A stretch of 64,000 nt of DNA. It comes from Heterodontus francisci (Eukaryota). Made by a program: the position numbers and the translations under genes. Where the stretch lies: positions 12,198,289 through 12,262,288 of the forward strand of contig NC_090397.1 in the NCBI RefSeq assembly GCF_036365525.1, read 5' to 3'. Under the pieces are notes generated by a model. The model worked only from the letters and a program-made list of their open reading frames with translations, did no database searches and was not told the DNA's origin. Positions within the stretch are counted from its first letter, which is position 1, and the number at the start of each line of letters is the position of its first letter. Positions 1 to 11,141 of this stretch are shown in pieces.

Positions 1-788
1 TAGTGAATAAGAAACTGCCCCACTAAGATAAAGGCTGACAGCTGCAAGTTAAAACACACAATGGAGAGCCAAATAAGGTAAAACAACAACAAGAGTTAGG
101 GGCTAGAAAGTTAGAGTAGGGGGAGAAGTAAACAGAGGAGGAGACTGTAGCAACTATAGGATAGGTTAGTGTCATAATATGTTATAACCAATAATGTAAA
201 CTAAAGGCGTGGAAAAATGGATTTGTATTGTATAAACATGAACTGAATATGTTGATCGGTGTGCCTGCTTGTAGGACACTCGATCTTGCAAGAATGTTAA
301 ATAAACTTACTTCTTCAGAGTTTGACTTGGTGTAAATTATTATCAAGTGGGCTACGTTTCTCACAGTATGACAAGCAAGGAATGTAGAACAGCAAACAAT
401 AGGATATGTGGGAGGGTTTTGTTACATATAAATGAAATATCAAGTCTTCATGACTTGTATCTCCTACCCATGGGCCTAGTTTCTGAGGCTAATTTTAACT
501 TACACAATTAACGATGGTACAATGTAACAATTGCAGACAGGAAGGATATTTTATTATTCTTTTTTCCCCAATTCATTCTCAGGGTGTTGGCAAGCCTGGT
601 ATTTATTGCCCAACACTAGTTGCCCTGAGGTTTGATATAGCTGAGTGGTTTGCTAAGCCACTTCAGAGGGCAGCAAAGAACCAACCACCTTGACCAGGAA
701 GAGAGTCAACTGGCTAATGACGGCAGGTTTCCGTCCCCGAAGTGACATTAGGGAACCAGTTGGGTTTGCATGACTTTCATAGTCACTT

Positions 789-2085
789 AGGCCCTACGGT
801 CATCAGGTGCGAGGCGCTCACGTTGTTGCTCTACGTGGCGCAGGTCTGGCCCATACCCCACTCCTGCGCCGTGGCAGTCACCCGAGCCATTTTCCGCTTC
901 GTCTGGGGATCTAAAATGGACCGGGTCCGGAGGGACACGATGTTCAAATCTCTGGACATGGGCGGGAAAAATGTACCCAACGTGGCCCTCATCCTGATGA
1001 CCACCTTCGTGTGCGGCTGCATCAAGCTATGTGTAGATCCCCAGTACGCAAACTCCAAGTGTCACTACGTGCTGAGGTTCTATCTGTCCCCGGTGTTGCG
1101 AAGGATGGGCCTGGTCACATTGCCGCGGAACGCTCCGTGCAGTTGGGACGTGCCGTACCACCTATCCTTCGTGGAGCAGTTTCTGCGGAAAAACACCTTT
1201 GACCACCGGTCCATCAGGCAGTGGTCTGCACGGAATGTCCTCAAGGCCCTACGGGAAAAGGAAACGGTGGATCCTGTCGGATGGTTCCCCGAGCAGACCG
1301 TCAAAGTCATTTGGCGGAATGCCTCATCACCAGAACTTTCAAACAAGCACCAAGACGTAGCTTGGCTGGTGGTGAGAAGGGCCCTCCCCGTCAGATCCTT
1401 CATGCACACCCGAAGTCTCGCCCCCTCCGCACAGTGCCCCCGCGTTGGCTGTGGTGGGGAAGAGACGGTCGCCCACCTCCTCCTGGAATGTGCCTTTGCA
1501 AAGCAGGTGTGGAAAGAGATGCAGTGGTTTTTGTCAAGGTTCATCCCAAGCAGCTCTGTAACACAGGAGTCTGTGCTCTACGGGCTGTTCCCAGGGACGC
1601 ACACCGAGACAAACATCAACTGCTGCTGGAGGACTATCAATTCGGTGAAAGACGCCCTTTGGTCTGCCCGAAACTTGCTGGTCTTCCAGCGCAAAGAGTT
1701 GTCCACCACCGAATGTTGCAGACTGGCACATTCCAAGGTCCAGGACTACGTGCTGAGGGACGCACTAAAGCTTGGGGCAGCCGCAGCAAAGGCTCAATGG
1801 GGAAAGACCACAGTGTAAGGTTCCCCCACCAAGCTGGACTGAGGGGCTGGATCCATGGGAAACCCCTCGAACTGTATCGTTAATATTCTCAATTGCTGTA
1901 AATGTAAAACTGTAATTGACATGACAATTGTGAAACGGAAGGGTTGGGAAGAAACTCATGACAGTATTGAAGGAAACTGATCTCCCTTGCAATGTTTGTA
2001 TTTTTTGGTGCTGTTTGGAAACTGTTTGGCAATGTAATTTTTACAGATTTTTATGAATAAAGTATATTTTGGAAATAAAAAAAAA
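789..2085 (+). mobile_element. Tx1-clade (L1 group) LINE, 5'-truncated copy 1
   Basis: Open ORF2 C-terminus to TAA at 1818, with zf-RVT motif CPRVGCGGEETVAHLLLEC. 3'UTR, AATAAA at 2056, poly(A) at 2077-2085. Confidence 0.9.
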
Positions 2086-2095
2086 CTTTTACTGA

Positions 2096-3306
2096 GTCAC
2101 CCGAGCCATTTTCCGCTTCATCTGGGGATCTAAAATGGACTGGAACCGGAGGGACACAATGTTCAAATCTCTGGATAAGGGCGGGAAAAATGTACCCAAC
2201 GTGGCCCTCATCCTGATGACCACCTTCGTGTGCGGCTGCATCAAGCTGTGTGTAGATCTCCAGTACGCAAACTCCAAGTGTCACTATGTGCTGAGGTTCT
2301 ATCTGTCCCCGGTGTTGCGAAGGATGGGCCTGGTCACATTGCCGTGGAACGCTCCATGCAGTTGGGCCGTGCCGTACCACCTATCCTTCGTGGAGCAGTT
2401 TCTGCGGGAAAACACCTTTGACCACCGGTCCATCAGACAGTGGTCTGCACGGAATGTCCTCAAGGCCCTACGGGAAAAGGAGACAGTGGATCCTGTCGGA
2501 TGGTTCCCCGAGCAGACCGTCAAAGTCATTTGGCGGAATGCCTCATCACCAGAACTTTCAAACAAGCACCAAGACGTAACTTGGCTGGTGGTGAGAAGGG
2601 CCCTCCCCGTCAGATCCTTCATGCACACCCGAAGTCTCGCCCCCTCCGCACAATGCCCCCCCGGTGGCTGTGGTGGGGAAGAGACAGTCGCCCACCTCCT
2701 CCTGGAATGTGTCTTCGCAAAGCAGGTGTGGAAAGAGATGCAGTGGTTTTTGTCGAGGTTCATCCCAAGCAGCTCTGTAACACAGGAGTCTGTGCTCTAC
2801 GGGCTGTTCCCAGGGACGCACACCGAGACAAACATCAACTGCTGCTGGAGGACTATCAATTTGGTGAAAGACGCCCTTTGGTCTGCCCGAAACTTGCTGG
2901 TCTTCCAGCGCAAAGAGTTGTCCACAACTGAATGTTGCAGACTGGCACATTCCAAGGTCCAGGACTACGTGCTGAGGGACGCACTAAAGCTTGGGGCAGC
3001 CGCAGCAAAGGCTCAATGGGGAAAGACCACAGTGTAAGGTCCCCCCACCAAGCTGGACTGAGGGGCTGGATCCATGAGGAAACCCCTCGAACTGTATCGG
3101 GAAAGTTTTCGTTTGCTGTAAAATGTAAAAATGTATATGGCATAACAAATGAAATGGAAGGGTTGTGAGGCAACTCATGATTGTATTGAAGGAAACTGAT
3201 CTCCTTTGCACTGTTTGTATTTTTTGACTTGGTGCTGTTTGAAACTGGTAATGCATTTTTTAACAGATTTTTATGAATAAAGTATATTTTGGAAATAAAA
3301 AAAAAA
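2096..3306 (+). mobile_element. Tx1-clade LINE, 5'-truncated copy 2
   Basis: Near-identical ORF2 end (stop at 3037), AATAAA at 3276, poly(A) at 3297-3306. Flanked by TSD cttttactga (2086-2095 / 3307-3316). Confidence 0.9.
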
Positions 3307-3479
3307 CTTTTACTGATCCCAGCTTTTTTAAACTGAATTCTAATTCTCAAACTTTAATGGTGGGATTTGCACTCACGTTCTCTGATTTATTTGTGCTGGC
3401 CTCTAGATTACTAGTCCAGTAAAATAATCACGGCACTACTGTACTCTCATCAACAATACATGGGATAAGGAATATATCT

Positions 3480-3750
3480 GTAGAATCATAGAAAGGTTAC
3501 ATTTGGCCTGTCATGTCCATGCCGGGTCTCTGTAAGAGCAACTCAGCTAGTCCCACACCCCTTTCTTTTCCCCACAGCCCTGCAAATTTCTTTCTCTTCA
3601 GATTATTATCCAATTTGCTTTTGAAAGCCACGATTGAATCTGCCTCCACCATACTCTCAGGCAGTGCATTCCAGATCCTAACCACTCGCTGCATCCAAAA
3701 GTTTTTCCTCATGTCGCCTTTGGTTCTTTTGCCATTCACCTTAAATTTGT
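3480..3750 (-). mobile_element. CR1 LINE 3' end
   Basis: RKNFWMQRVVRIWNALPESMVEADSIVAFKSKLD is a CR1 ORF2 C-terminus, followed by its tail. Confidence 0.85.
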
Positions 3751-4174
3751 CAGTCACTGTGGCAAGGCTGAATTTATTGCCCTGAATACAGTGACTCTTG
3801 TTACAATTGAATGACACGTCACTTCAGGAGATATTTAGAGTCAACCACATAGAGTGGGACCGGAGTCAGGTGTAGGCCCAGACTGGGGTGGGGCAGCAAG
3901 TTCCCATCCTTGAAGGACATTAGTGAACCAGTACGGTTTTGATGCAATCCGCAAATATTTCAAATCTCATTTCTTTATTACCCTTGGTGCCAACTCACAA
4001 ATTGTGCATTCATTAGATTCACAACTTGCCGAGGTGGGATTTGATATCACAGATCCTTGGGTTGCCCATCCAGTACCAGAGCCATTACATCATCATACCC
4101 TTTGTAATAGTGTGTCTTTAATGTTTGTACACAATAGGCAATATTAGAGAATTGCAATAGCTACTATACTATAC

Positions 4175-4285
4175 TTTAAGAAAGATTCCAAAGTCCTCCC
4201 TCGTCTTCAGGTTATTGAGGTAGAGGTTAGCTGCGGAGTAATTCAGACAATACTTCTGAAGATTGCAGCACACACTCTCCTGAAA
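4175..4285 (-). CDS. PLEKHG7: PLEKHG7-like DH-domain exon (FQESVCCNLQKYCLNYSAANLYLNNLKTREDFGIFLK)
   Basis: ttttccattag| ... AAA|GTATAG; 111 nt; YCLNYSAA and DFGIxLK motifs. Later exons are presumably left of position 1. Confidence 0.92.
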
Positions 4286-5522
4286 CTAATGGAAAACATT
4301 TTTGCGTTAGAAAAAAAAATCCTTTTAATTTCAATAAAACAGTACTTCTAAATATGAAAGCAGTGATCAGATCATAATGAAACACACTATTGGCTCTCTG
4401 CACCAGGTTGGGAGATGTTACTGAAAGGAAATGGACTATGCCATAACTTTTGTAACCTGTCTCAGCACAGTGCTCCCAGTCAGATATTGGGCTGGCAGGT
4501 TGTAGGAGGTTACAGAGTTAGGGAGGGGAGAGGTTATGGAGGGATTTGAAAACAAAGATGAATGTTCCAGTGTAAGGCTATCTTATGATATTGCACTGGC
4601 ATCAATTTTTCCAGTGCCAAAACCGGCCATCCTTATGAAACCTAAAAATCAAACCAACAGTTTGTACAGTGATCTGACTCTCAGTGCATTTGGTATTGCT
4701 CTGGCAATTAACCAGCACAGACAGGATGGGCTGAATGGCCCTAAATTTCTAGGGTTTCATTAATTGCAACAAAAGAGTGCGAATACATTTGTATAGAACC
4801 CAGTTAACATCCCATGGCACTATTCAAAGAACAGCTCGACAGTTCTGCCAATATTTATCAATCAACCAACGTCAACAGAACAGATTATCTGGTCATTATC
4901 ACGTTGCTTTTTTGAGGGACCTTGCTGTGTGCAAATTGGTAGCTGTGTATCCTACATTCCAACGGTGATTACTTCATTGACTGGTACGTACTTTGGGACG
5001 TTGAGGTTGTGAAAGGCAGTATATTAATGGAAATCGTTTATTCTCTCTCTCTACACAGGGTATTGAGCAACTTGATAACTCAGCTCCCCTGATAGTTCCA
5101 CTGGTAAATATAAAACATGAGTCATTTTGACTTGGGGTGAAAGTGTAAACTGAACTTCCACTGCGGCCAGTGGAAACGACAATCCGGAGAGATGTGAAAC
5201 GTGCAGCCAATTCACTGTCGTCCATTTGACAGGATCGTCCAAAGCTAAAATCTAACCCACATTAAACACAAGAAACTGAACATCTCAGGTTTGATTCCCA
5301 GCCTGTTTGAGTTAACTGGTCTCAGCCAAGTAGTGTTACAGGTGCTACAATTGGCTTCTGCAGCCCGAGGAGTAGAAAGCAGCCAGGGCTCCTGCTGTCA
5401 TTTGCTACACAGAGACCTTTCATGATGTAGGGAGTTGGGAACAGTTTCAAGACCAAAAACATGAACTCCAGAACAGGGAACACTGGGTAAGAGGGAGTGA
5501 AAGACTGTAACATAGCAACTGC

Positions 5523-5618
5523 TGATTTCAGAGCTGGGCCGTTGTGATTTCAGAGCTGGGCCGTTGTGATTTCAGAGCTGGGCCGTTGTGATTTCAGAGC
5601 TGGGCCGTTGTGATTTCA
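5523..5618. repeat. Perfect 22-bp tandem repeat (tgatttcagagctgggccgttg) x4.4
   Basis: Four identical units plus 8 nt, with no spacers. Confidence 0.95.
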
Positions 5619-5663
5619 TTCAGTATTAAAAGTCCAATATAGAAAATATTCTGTAGCAAGTAC

Positions 5664-5747
5664 CTTTGACAACACAGAGATGAGAGATGATAACTTCCAA
5701 GAACTCTGAATTGTTTCCAGGAGACTGGTCAAGAAATCCAAGCTCAC
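5664..5747 (-). CDS. PLEKHG7: PLEKHG7-like DH-domain exon (VSLDFLTSLLETIQSSWKLSSLISVLSK)
   Basis: atattag| ... AAG|GTACTT; 84 nt, phase 0-0. Missed by the ORF track; translated by hand. Confidence 0.85.
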
Positions 5748-7018
5748 CTAATATGACAAAACAATGCACAGGATTATGTCTACTGAAGTGTGAGATACAT
5801 AACACATTGTTTGGTGGGTGCCCTCAATGCAATTTGTGCCCTGTTCAAAACTTAAATTTAAACTAGTTTTGGAGCGTGAATGATGAGCACAATTTAGCAA
5901 TGGCACCACAGCAACCCTTGTACTATTTACATTCGGAATCAATGAGATAAGGTGCGGGATGCACCACCTTAATCACAATGGGACAACTCAACAACAACTT
6001 GCACCTTTGATGTAGAGAAAAACTCTTCACTAATGGCCTTCGGGGGAGGAAACCTGCAATCCTTACCCAGTCTGGGCAGTAGGCAGCTCCAGTTCCACTC
6101 TAACATAGTTGACTTTACGTGGCATAGCAAGCTGCTCAGTTGTATCAAACCGCTACCAGCGGTACAAGAAGGTTGAGCACCATCTTCTCAGGGCAACTAA
6201 GGATGGGCAATACATGCTGGTCTTGCCAGTGATGCCCACATCTCGAGAATGAATGTTTTAAAAAAGTCTCCCAGTGCTTCAGAGGATTGAGGGAAATGGA
6301 TGTCAAACCAAATGAGGGATTGAGGAGTGACCAAAAGCTTGGTCAAAGAGGTGGATTTTAAGGAGCAGCTTAAATGGGGAGAGAAAGGTGGAGGGACTTA
6401 GGGTGGGAATTCCAGAGAGCAGAACCCAGGGGTTGAAGGATGACCACCAATGATGAGGCAAAGGAAAGGAAGGAATGCACAGCATTGGTAAGACGTGTAT
6501 TGCCAGCAAGCCTTGGGCAAGCACAGTAACACATTGATTGTGATTTCCATTGTAATATATGCAGACATCAAGTCAGGGTTGTTCCTTAAATATTGTCAGT
6601 CGTTCAGTGTAAACTGAACTCAGAGTGAGTTTTGTGTCAGTTTCACACCAAAGTATCTCATGTCACACAATGTACACAATGTATTCCAAGATTAAGCTGA
6701 TGGAGTAAGTCCCCAGTACAACTGGGGCTATAATGAAATTTTGGCAAAGGCAGAAGCAACTTAAGATGCTCTAGTTTCATAGTACAAGCTGAAACCAGGA
6801 AATAGTACCCTTCACTCAGTAAGCTAAGAGGGAAATTGGGTGGGGTGGACCAATCCACTCCCACCTGTTTTAGGCCCCAGTTGAAGTTGAAAGTTCCGCC
6901 CATTCTGTTTACATGAGGTACACCGTCTTTATAACAGAAATCTCAAAGCTGTGCACATTGCCAATGTAATATTAGAGTAACTCGAATGCAATTCCACCCT
7001 AGTCCCTGCTCTGATTAC

Positions 7019-7114
7019 CGTGGACAATTCATTAAGGTTTGCAAACAGTCTCCAAGAATCAACGTCCAGAAGCCATCCTCTGCTCTGTAGATGTTTCAAA
7101 GTGTTCAGAAAGAC
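7019..7114 (-). CDS. PLEKHG7: PLEKHG7-like DH-domain exon (VFLNTLKHLQSRGWLLDVDSWRLFANLNELST)
   Basis: ttttaaag| ... ACG|GTAATC; 96 nt; LLDVDxWRLFANL motif. Confidence 0.92.
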
Positions 7115-7739
7115 CTTTAAAACAGAAATAAAATATGAGAAGCTTCTAAAAACCAGGGGCTCAAAGTCCACTTTAACAACTTGTAAAATGGTGCTCCCTT
7201 TATACTGACCAGTGGCATCTGTGATGTACCACTGAACCAGGAAGGACCCATTCTTGAGCACCCTTGCTCCTCCTACCACCACAAATATGTAACCTGAAAC
7301 ATTGTTTTGGAGCCTTTTTAGAGCGGGCAGCACTGCTGATTAGGCCACTCAATGGCAGGACTAATGGGCAGACTGTCCGCAGTGCACGGTCACTACAGGT
7401 CCCTTAAAATTGCTATCAATGCCTGAACTACGACATAGGACCCCAATTTCCACAGTAAAGAGGTCTACTGCCTGAAACAGGCCTTGTACCAGCTACCCAT
7501 CAGAAGGCCGCTTTAAACATGTCAGCGGTCTAAGTGTCAGTGGTAAAAAAAACAGATAGTCTACCAACCCCAGTTTAAAGCTGCCACTGCCCTGTTAACA
7601 TCAGTTTTGGCTTGTTAAAATTGGCCTTGCACAATCTAGATCTGAGTGTGAAGACTGAAATGGCTGTCTCGAAGGTTAGATAGCATAGTGAGCCTCTACA
7701 GTCAGAGAAAGGGGAGGGGCAAAGGGATACAGGTGGGAG

Positions 7740-9210
7740 GGTCAATGGGAAATTTGGGCAGGCAATGGGAAACTGGAGGTGGGGGAACAATGGGAAACTG
7801 GAGGTGGGGTGACATTGAGAAACAGGAGGTGGGGGGAGATGAGAAACTGGAGGTGGGAGGAGATGAGAAACTGGAGGTGGGGGGAGATGAGAAACTGGAG
7901 GTGGGGGGAGATGAGAAACTGGAGATGGGAGGAGATGAGAAACTGGAGGTGGGGGGAGATGAGAAACTGGAGGTGGGGGGAGATGAGGAACTGGAGGTGG
8001 GGGGACAATGAGAAACTGGAGGTGGGGGGGACAATGGGAAACTGGAGAAGGGGCAATGAGAAACTGGAGGTGGGGGGACAATGAGAAACTGGAGGTGGGG
8101 GGAGATGAGAAACTGGAGGTGGAGGGAGATGAGAAACTGGAGGTGGGGGGACAATGGGAAACTGGAGAAGGGGCAATGAGAAACTGGAGGTGGGGGGACA
8201 ATGAGAAACTGGAGGTGGGGGGACAATGGGAAACTGGAGGTGGGGGGAGATGAGAAACTGGAAGTGGGGGGACAATGGGAAACTGGAGGTGGGGGGAGAT
8301 AAGGAACTGGAGGTGGGGGGAGATGAGAAACTGGAGGTGGGGGGACAATGGGAAACTGGAGGTGGGGGGACAATGGGAAACTGGAGGTGGGGGGACAATG
8401 GGAAACTGGAGGTGGGGGGACAATGGGAAACTGGAGGTGGGGGGAGATGAGAAACTGGAGGGAGGGACAATGAGAAACTGGAGGTGGGGGGACAATGGGA
8501 AACTGGAGGTGGGGGGCACAATGGGAAACTGGAGGGAGGGACGATGGGAAAAGGGGGTGAGGGACAATGGAAAACTGAAGGTGGGCGGGCAATGGGAAAC
8601 TGGAGGGAGGGACAATGGGAAATCAGAGGTGGGGGGACAATGGGAAACTGGAGGTGAGGGGACAATGGGAAAATGGAGGTGGGTGGACAATGAGAAACTG
8701 GAGGTGGGGGGACAATGGGAAAATGGAGGTGGGCGGACAATGGGAAACTGGAGGTGGGGGGACAATGGGAAAAGGGGGTGAGGGATAATGGGAAACTGGA
8801 GGTGGGGGGGGACAATAGGAAATCAGAGGTGGGCGGACAATGGGAAACTGGAGGTGGGTGGACAATGGGAAACTGGAGGTGGGTGGACAATGGGAAACTG
8901 GAGGTGGGGGGACAATGGGAAAATGAAGGTGGGTGGACAATGGGAAACTGGAGGTGGGGGGACAATGGGAAAATGAAGGTGGGTGGACAATGGGAAACTG
9001 GAGGTGGGTGGACAATGGGAAACTGGAGGTGGGGGGACAATGGGAAAATGAAGGTGGGTGGACAATGGGAAACTGGAGGTGGGGGGACAATGGGAAAATG
9101 GAGGTGGGCAGACAATGGGAAAAGGGGGTGAGGGATAATGGGAAACTGGAGGTGGGGAGGACAATGGGTAAATGGGGGGAGGGACAATGGGAAACTGGAG
9201 GTGGGGCAAA
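7740..9210. repeat. G-rich minisatellite, 24/25-bp units (ACAATGGGAAACTGGAGGTGGGGGG / AGATGAGAAACTGGAGGTGGGGGG)
   Basis: About 1.45 kb of directly visible tandem units. It explains all the Pro-rich and Gly-rich ORFs here. Confidence 0.95.
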
Positions 9211-9398
9211 GCGAATCAAAATGCCCTCAGGAACTATTTGTAGCCTTCAGCTTTTGGAAAATAATTGTCCTTGATCCTCCACTACTTCCAGCTGTTCAGA
9301 ATCGTCGATATCCACCAGATTCACTGTACATTGAATCTGTTATAGTTAGGTTAGGTTGTTTTCTTATTAACTCTTTGAACAGTTAAGATTGAATCTAC

Positions 9399-9548
9399 CT
9401 TCTCCATCACCAATAACTGGTCACCAAAGTAGGTACATTCAGTGGTGAAGATCTCCCACATGGCCTGCTGTAGCTTCTTATCCTGTTGCTTAGTCCGGGT
9501 TTCAGGGTTAACGTTCTGGATCTTCATTACATATGTCCAGCTTTTATC
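9399..9548 (-). CDS. PLEKHG7: PLEKHG7-like exon, start of DH (RhoGEF) domain
   Basis: DKSW...KLQQAMWEIFTTECTYFGDQLLVMEK matches DH conserved region 1 of PLEKHG5/6/7 type. ttgtcag| ... AAG|GTAGAT; 150 nt. Confidence 0.92.
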
Positions 9549-9689
9549 CTGACAAGGTAAAATAAGTATATAAACAGCTACCAAAAGGCCTATACATTGG
9601 CACAAGGGAGACAGTTAAACTGTGCAGACAGAGAAACATTTTACTGATTCCCTAACGTCAGAGGACCTAGTTATGAGGGAAATTTCAGC

Positions 9690-10232
9690 TCTTCAACTTT
9701 GAAAGACCTCATCTGGAGTACAGTGTTCAGTTCTGGGCACCACACCTCAGGAATCTTGGCCTTGGTGGAAGTACAGTGCAGGTTCACCAGAATGATACCG
9801 GCACTAAAAGGGTTAAATTTTAACATCAAGTTACATAAACCAGACTTGTATTCCTTTGAGTTTAGAGTTTATGGGTGATCTGATCAAAGTGTTTAAAATG
9901 ATAAAAGGATTCAACAGGGTAGATGGAGAGAAACTATTTCCTCTGGTGGGAGAGTCCAGAAGCAAGGGGCATAATCTTCACATTAGAGCTTTGCCACTCA
10001 GGAGAGAAATCAAGAAAACATTTTTTCACACAAAGAGCAGTGGAAATCTGGAACGTTGTCCTGAAAAAGGCTGTGGATACTATGGGCCAATTGGAGCTTT
10101 CAGGACTGAGGTCAATTTTTGTTGAGTGTATGTATCTATGGGATGCAGAGAATAGGCGGGTAAAATGAAGTTGTGATCTAACTGAATGGCAGAACAGGTT
10201 TGAAGGGCTGAATGGTCTCCTCCTCTTCCTAA
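9690..10232 (+). mobile_element. Degenerate CR1 3' fragment
   Basis: GDLIKVFKMIKGFNRVDGEKLFPL motif and gggctgaatgg...cctcctcttcct tail. Confidence 0.8.
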
Positions 10233-10426
10233 AGGTGGCTGAGAGGCGAGTTCATAGTGATTTATGCAAAGTAGTAAATACTATAGTTCTAGAACTAGAA
10301 ACTACTGACATCAGCAGAGTTCCTTCGGAGCACAGACGTCAGAAGTCAGAGAGAGGTGAACTGAGAGGCTGCGTGAAGGCAGGAGAGGCATTTGATCAAT
10401 GGCAGTGATGTGGCAGGACAAAATAC

Positions 10427-10522
10427 CTTGTACTGTTGGAAGCCGTGATCCGTGCAGTCCGTGATCTCTACTGACACCAGAAGGTTCTCTAAGTCGGATA
10501 TTTGCTTTTGCTTCACTTTGCT
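10427..10522 (-). CDS. PLEKHG7: PLEKHG7-like exon (SKVKQKQISDLENLLVSVEITDCTDHGFQQYK)
   Basis: tttcag| ... AAG|GTATTT; 96 nt, phase 0-0; KQKxISDLEN motif. Confidence 0.85.
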
Positions 10523-11141
10523 CTGAAACCAGAAACGTGAAACAATTGCATAAAATTGGTGTGAATTTGCACTTCTGCTGCACAGAACTCTGAGGGGCAC
10601 TGTTTGGCTGGTGGGGGAATCCCATGCAAAGATTCAGTTTTGGGCAAGCCCCTCGATAACATCAAGATCAATTTACCTTAGTCCTTATCACTGGATCTGC
10701 CTGAGTCTCCTGACCAGCTCGGGAACTTGCGCAACCCATGTGTATGGGGCCCTCATCCTCTTCCCCAACCCCTATCCTTGTCAGAAACAGCACACAGACT
10801 GAGCATGATTTACTGACCATTAAAAGGAAACAATTGGAAAGTTGTGCTCAATCATGTCCCAAATTTTGGATTTGCGCTGCTAATGGGCAAATCGCCTCAC
10901 TGACTGTGTAGACTTTCTAAAAGGTTCATTTTCAGAATGTGGGCATCTCTCGCAAGGCAGGCATTTATTACTATTTATTATTATTTGCCTCAAGAAGGCG
11001 ATAGTGGTGGTAGGCCTTCTTGAACTGAAATTCCTTGTAGCAATTTTGATACAACTGACTAATTTGCTAGGCCATGTTGGTGTGGGACTAGAGTCACATA
11101 TAGACCAGATCAGGTAAGGATGGCAGATTTCCTTCCCTGAG

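Larger units (their letters stand above)
570..3445 (-). mobile_element. tRNA-derived SINE split by the two Tx1 copies (pieces about 570-788 and 3307-3445)
   Basis: The two pieces join into a sequence collinear with the uninterrupted copy at about 30565-30945. Confidence 0.7.

Noticed and set aside
182-370. Minus-strand GTAAGT donor near 310 as the next PLEKHG7 exon
   Set aside because: The translation does not resemble the expected next DH segment (WCE...QRLTRYPLL).
4974-5244. ORFs with a plausible acceptor (ttttag|CTTTGGACG) as an extra or terminal exon
   Set aside because: No DH-domain similarity; the flanking exons 5664 and 4285 already join in frame; the ORF runs into a SINE.
5523-5618. 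CRISPR-like short repeats
   Set aside because: Head-to-tail units with no spacers, no cas genes, and a vertebrate context.
7575-9274. Long Pro-rich and Gly/Trp-rich ORFs (up to 481 aa) on both strands
   Set aside because: These are translations of the minisatellite, open in several frames at once, inside an intron.
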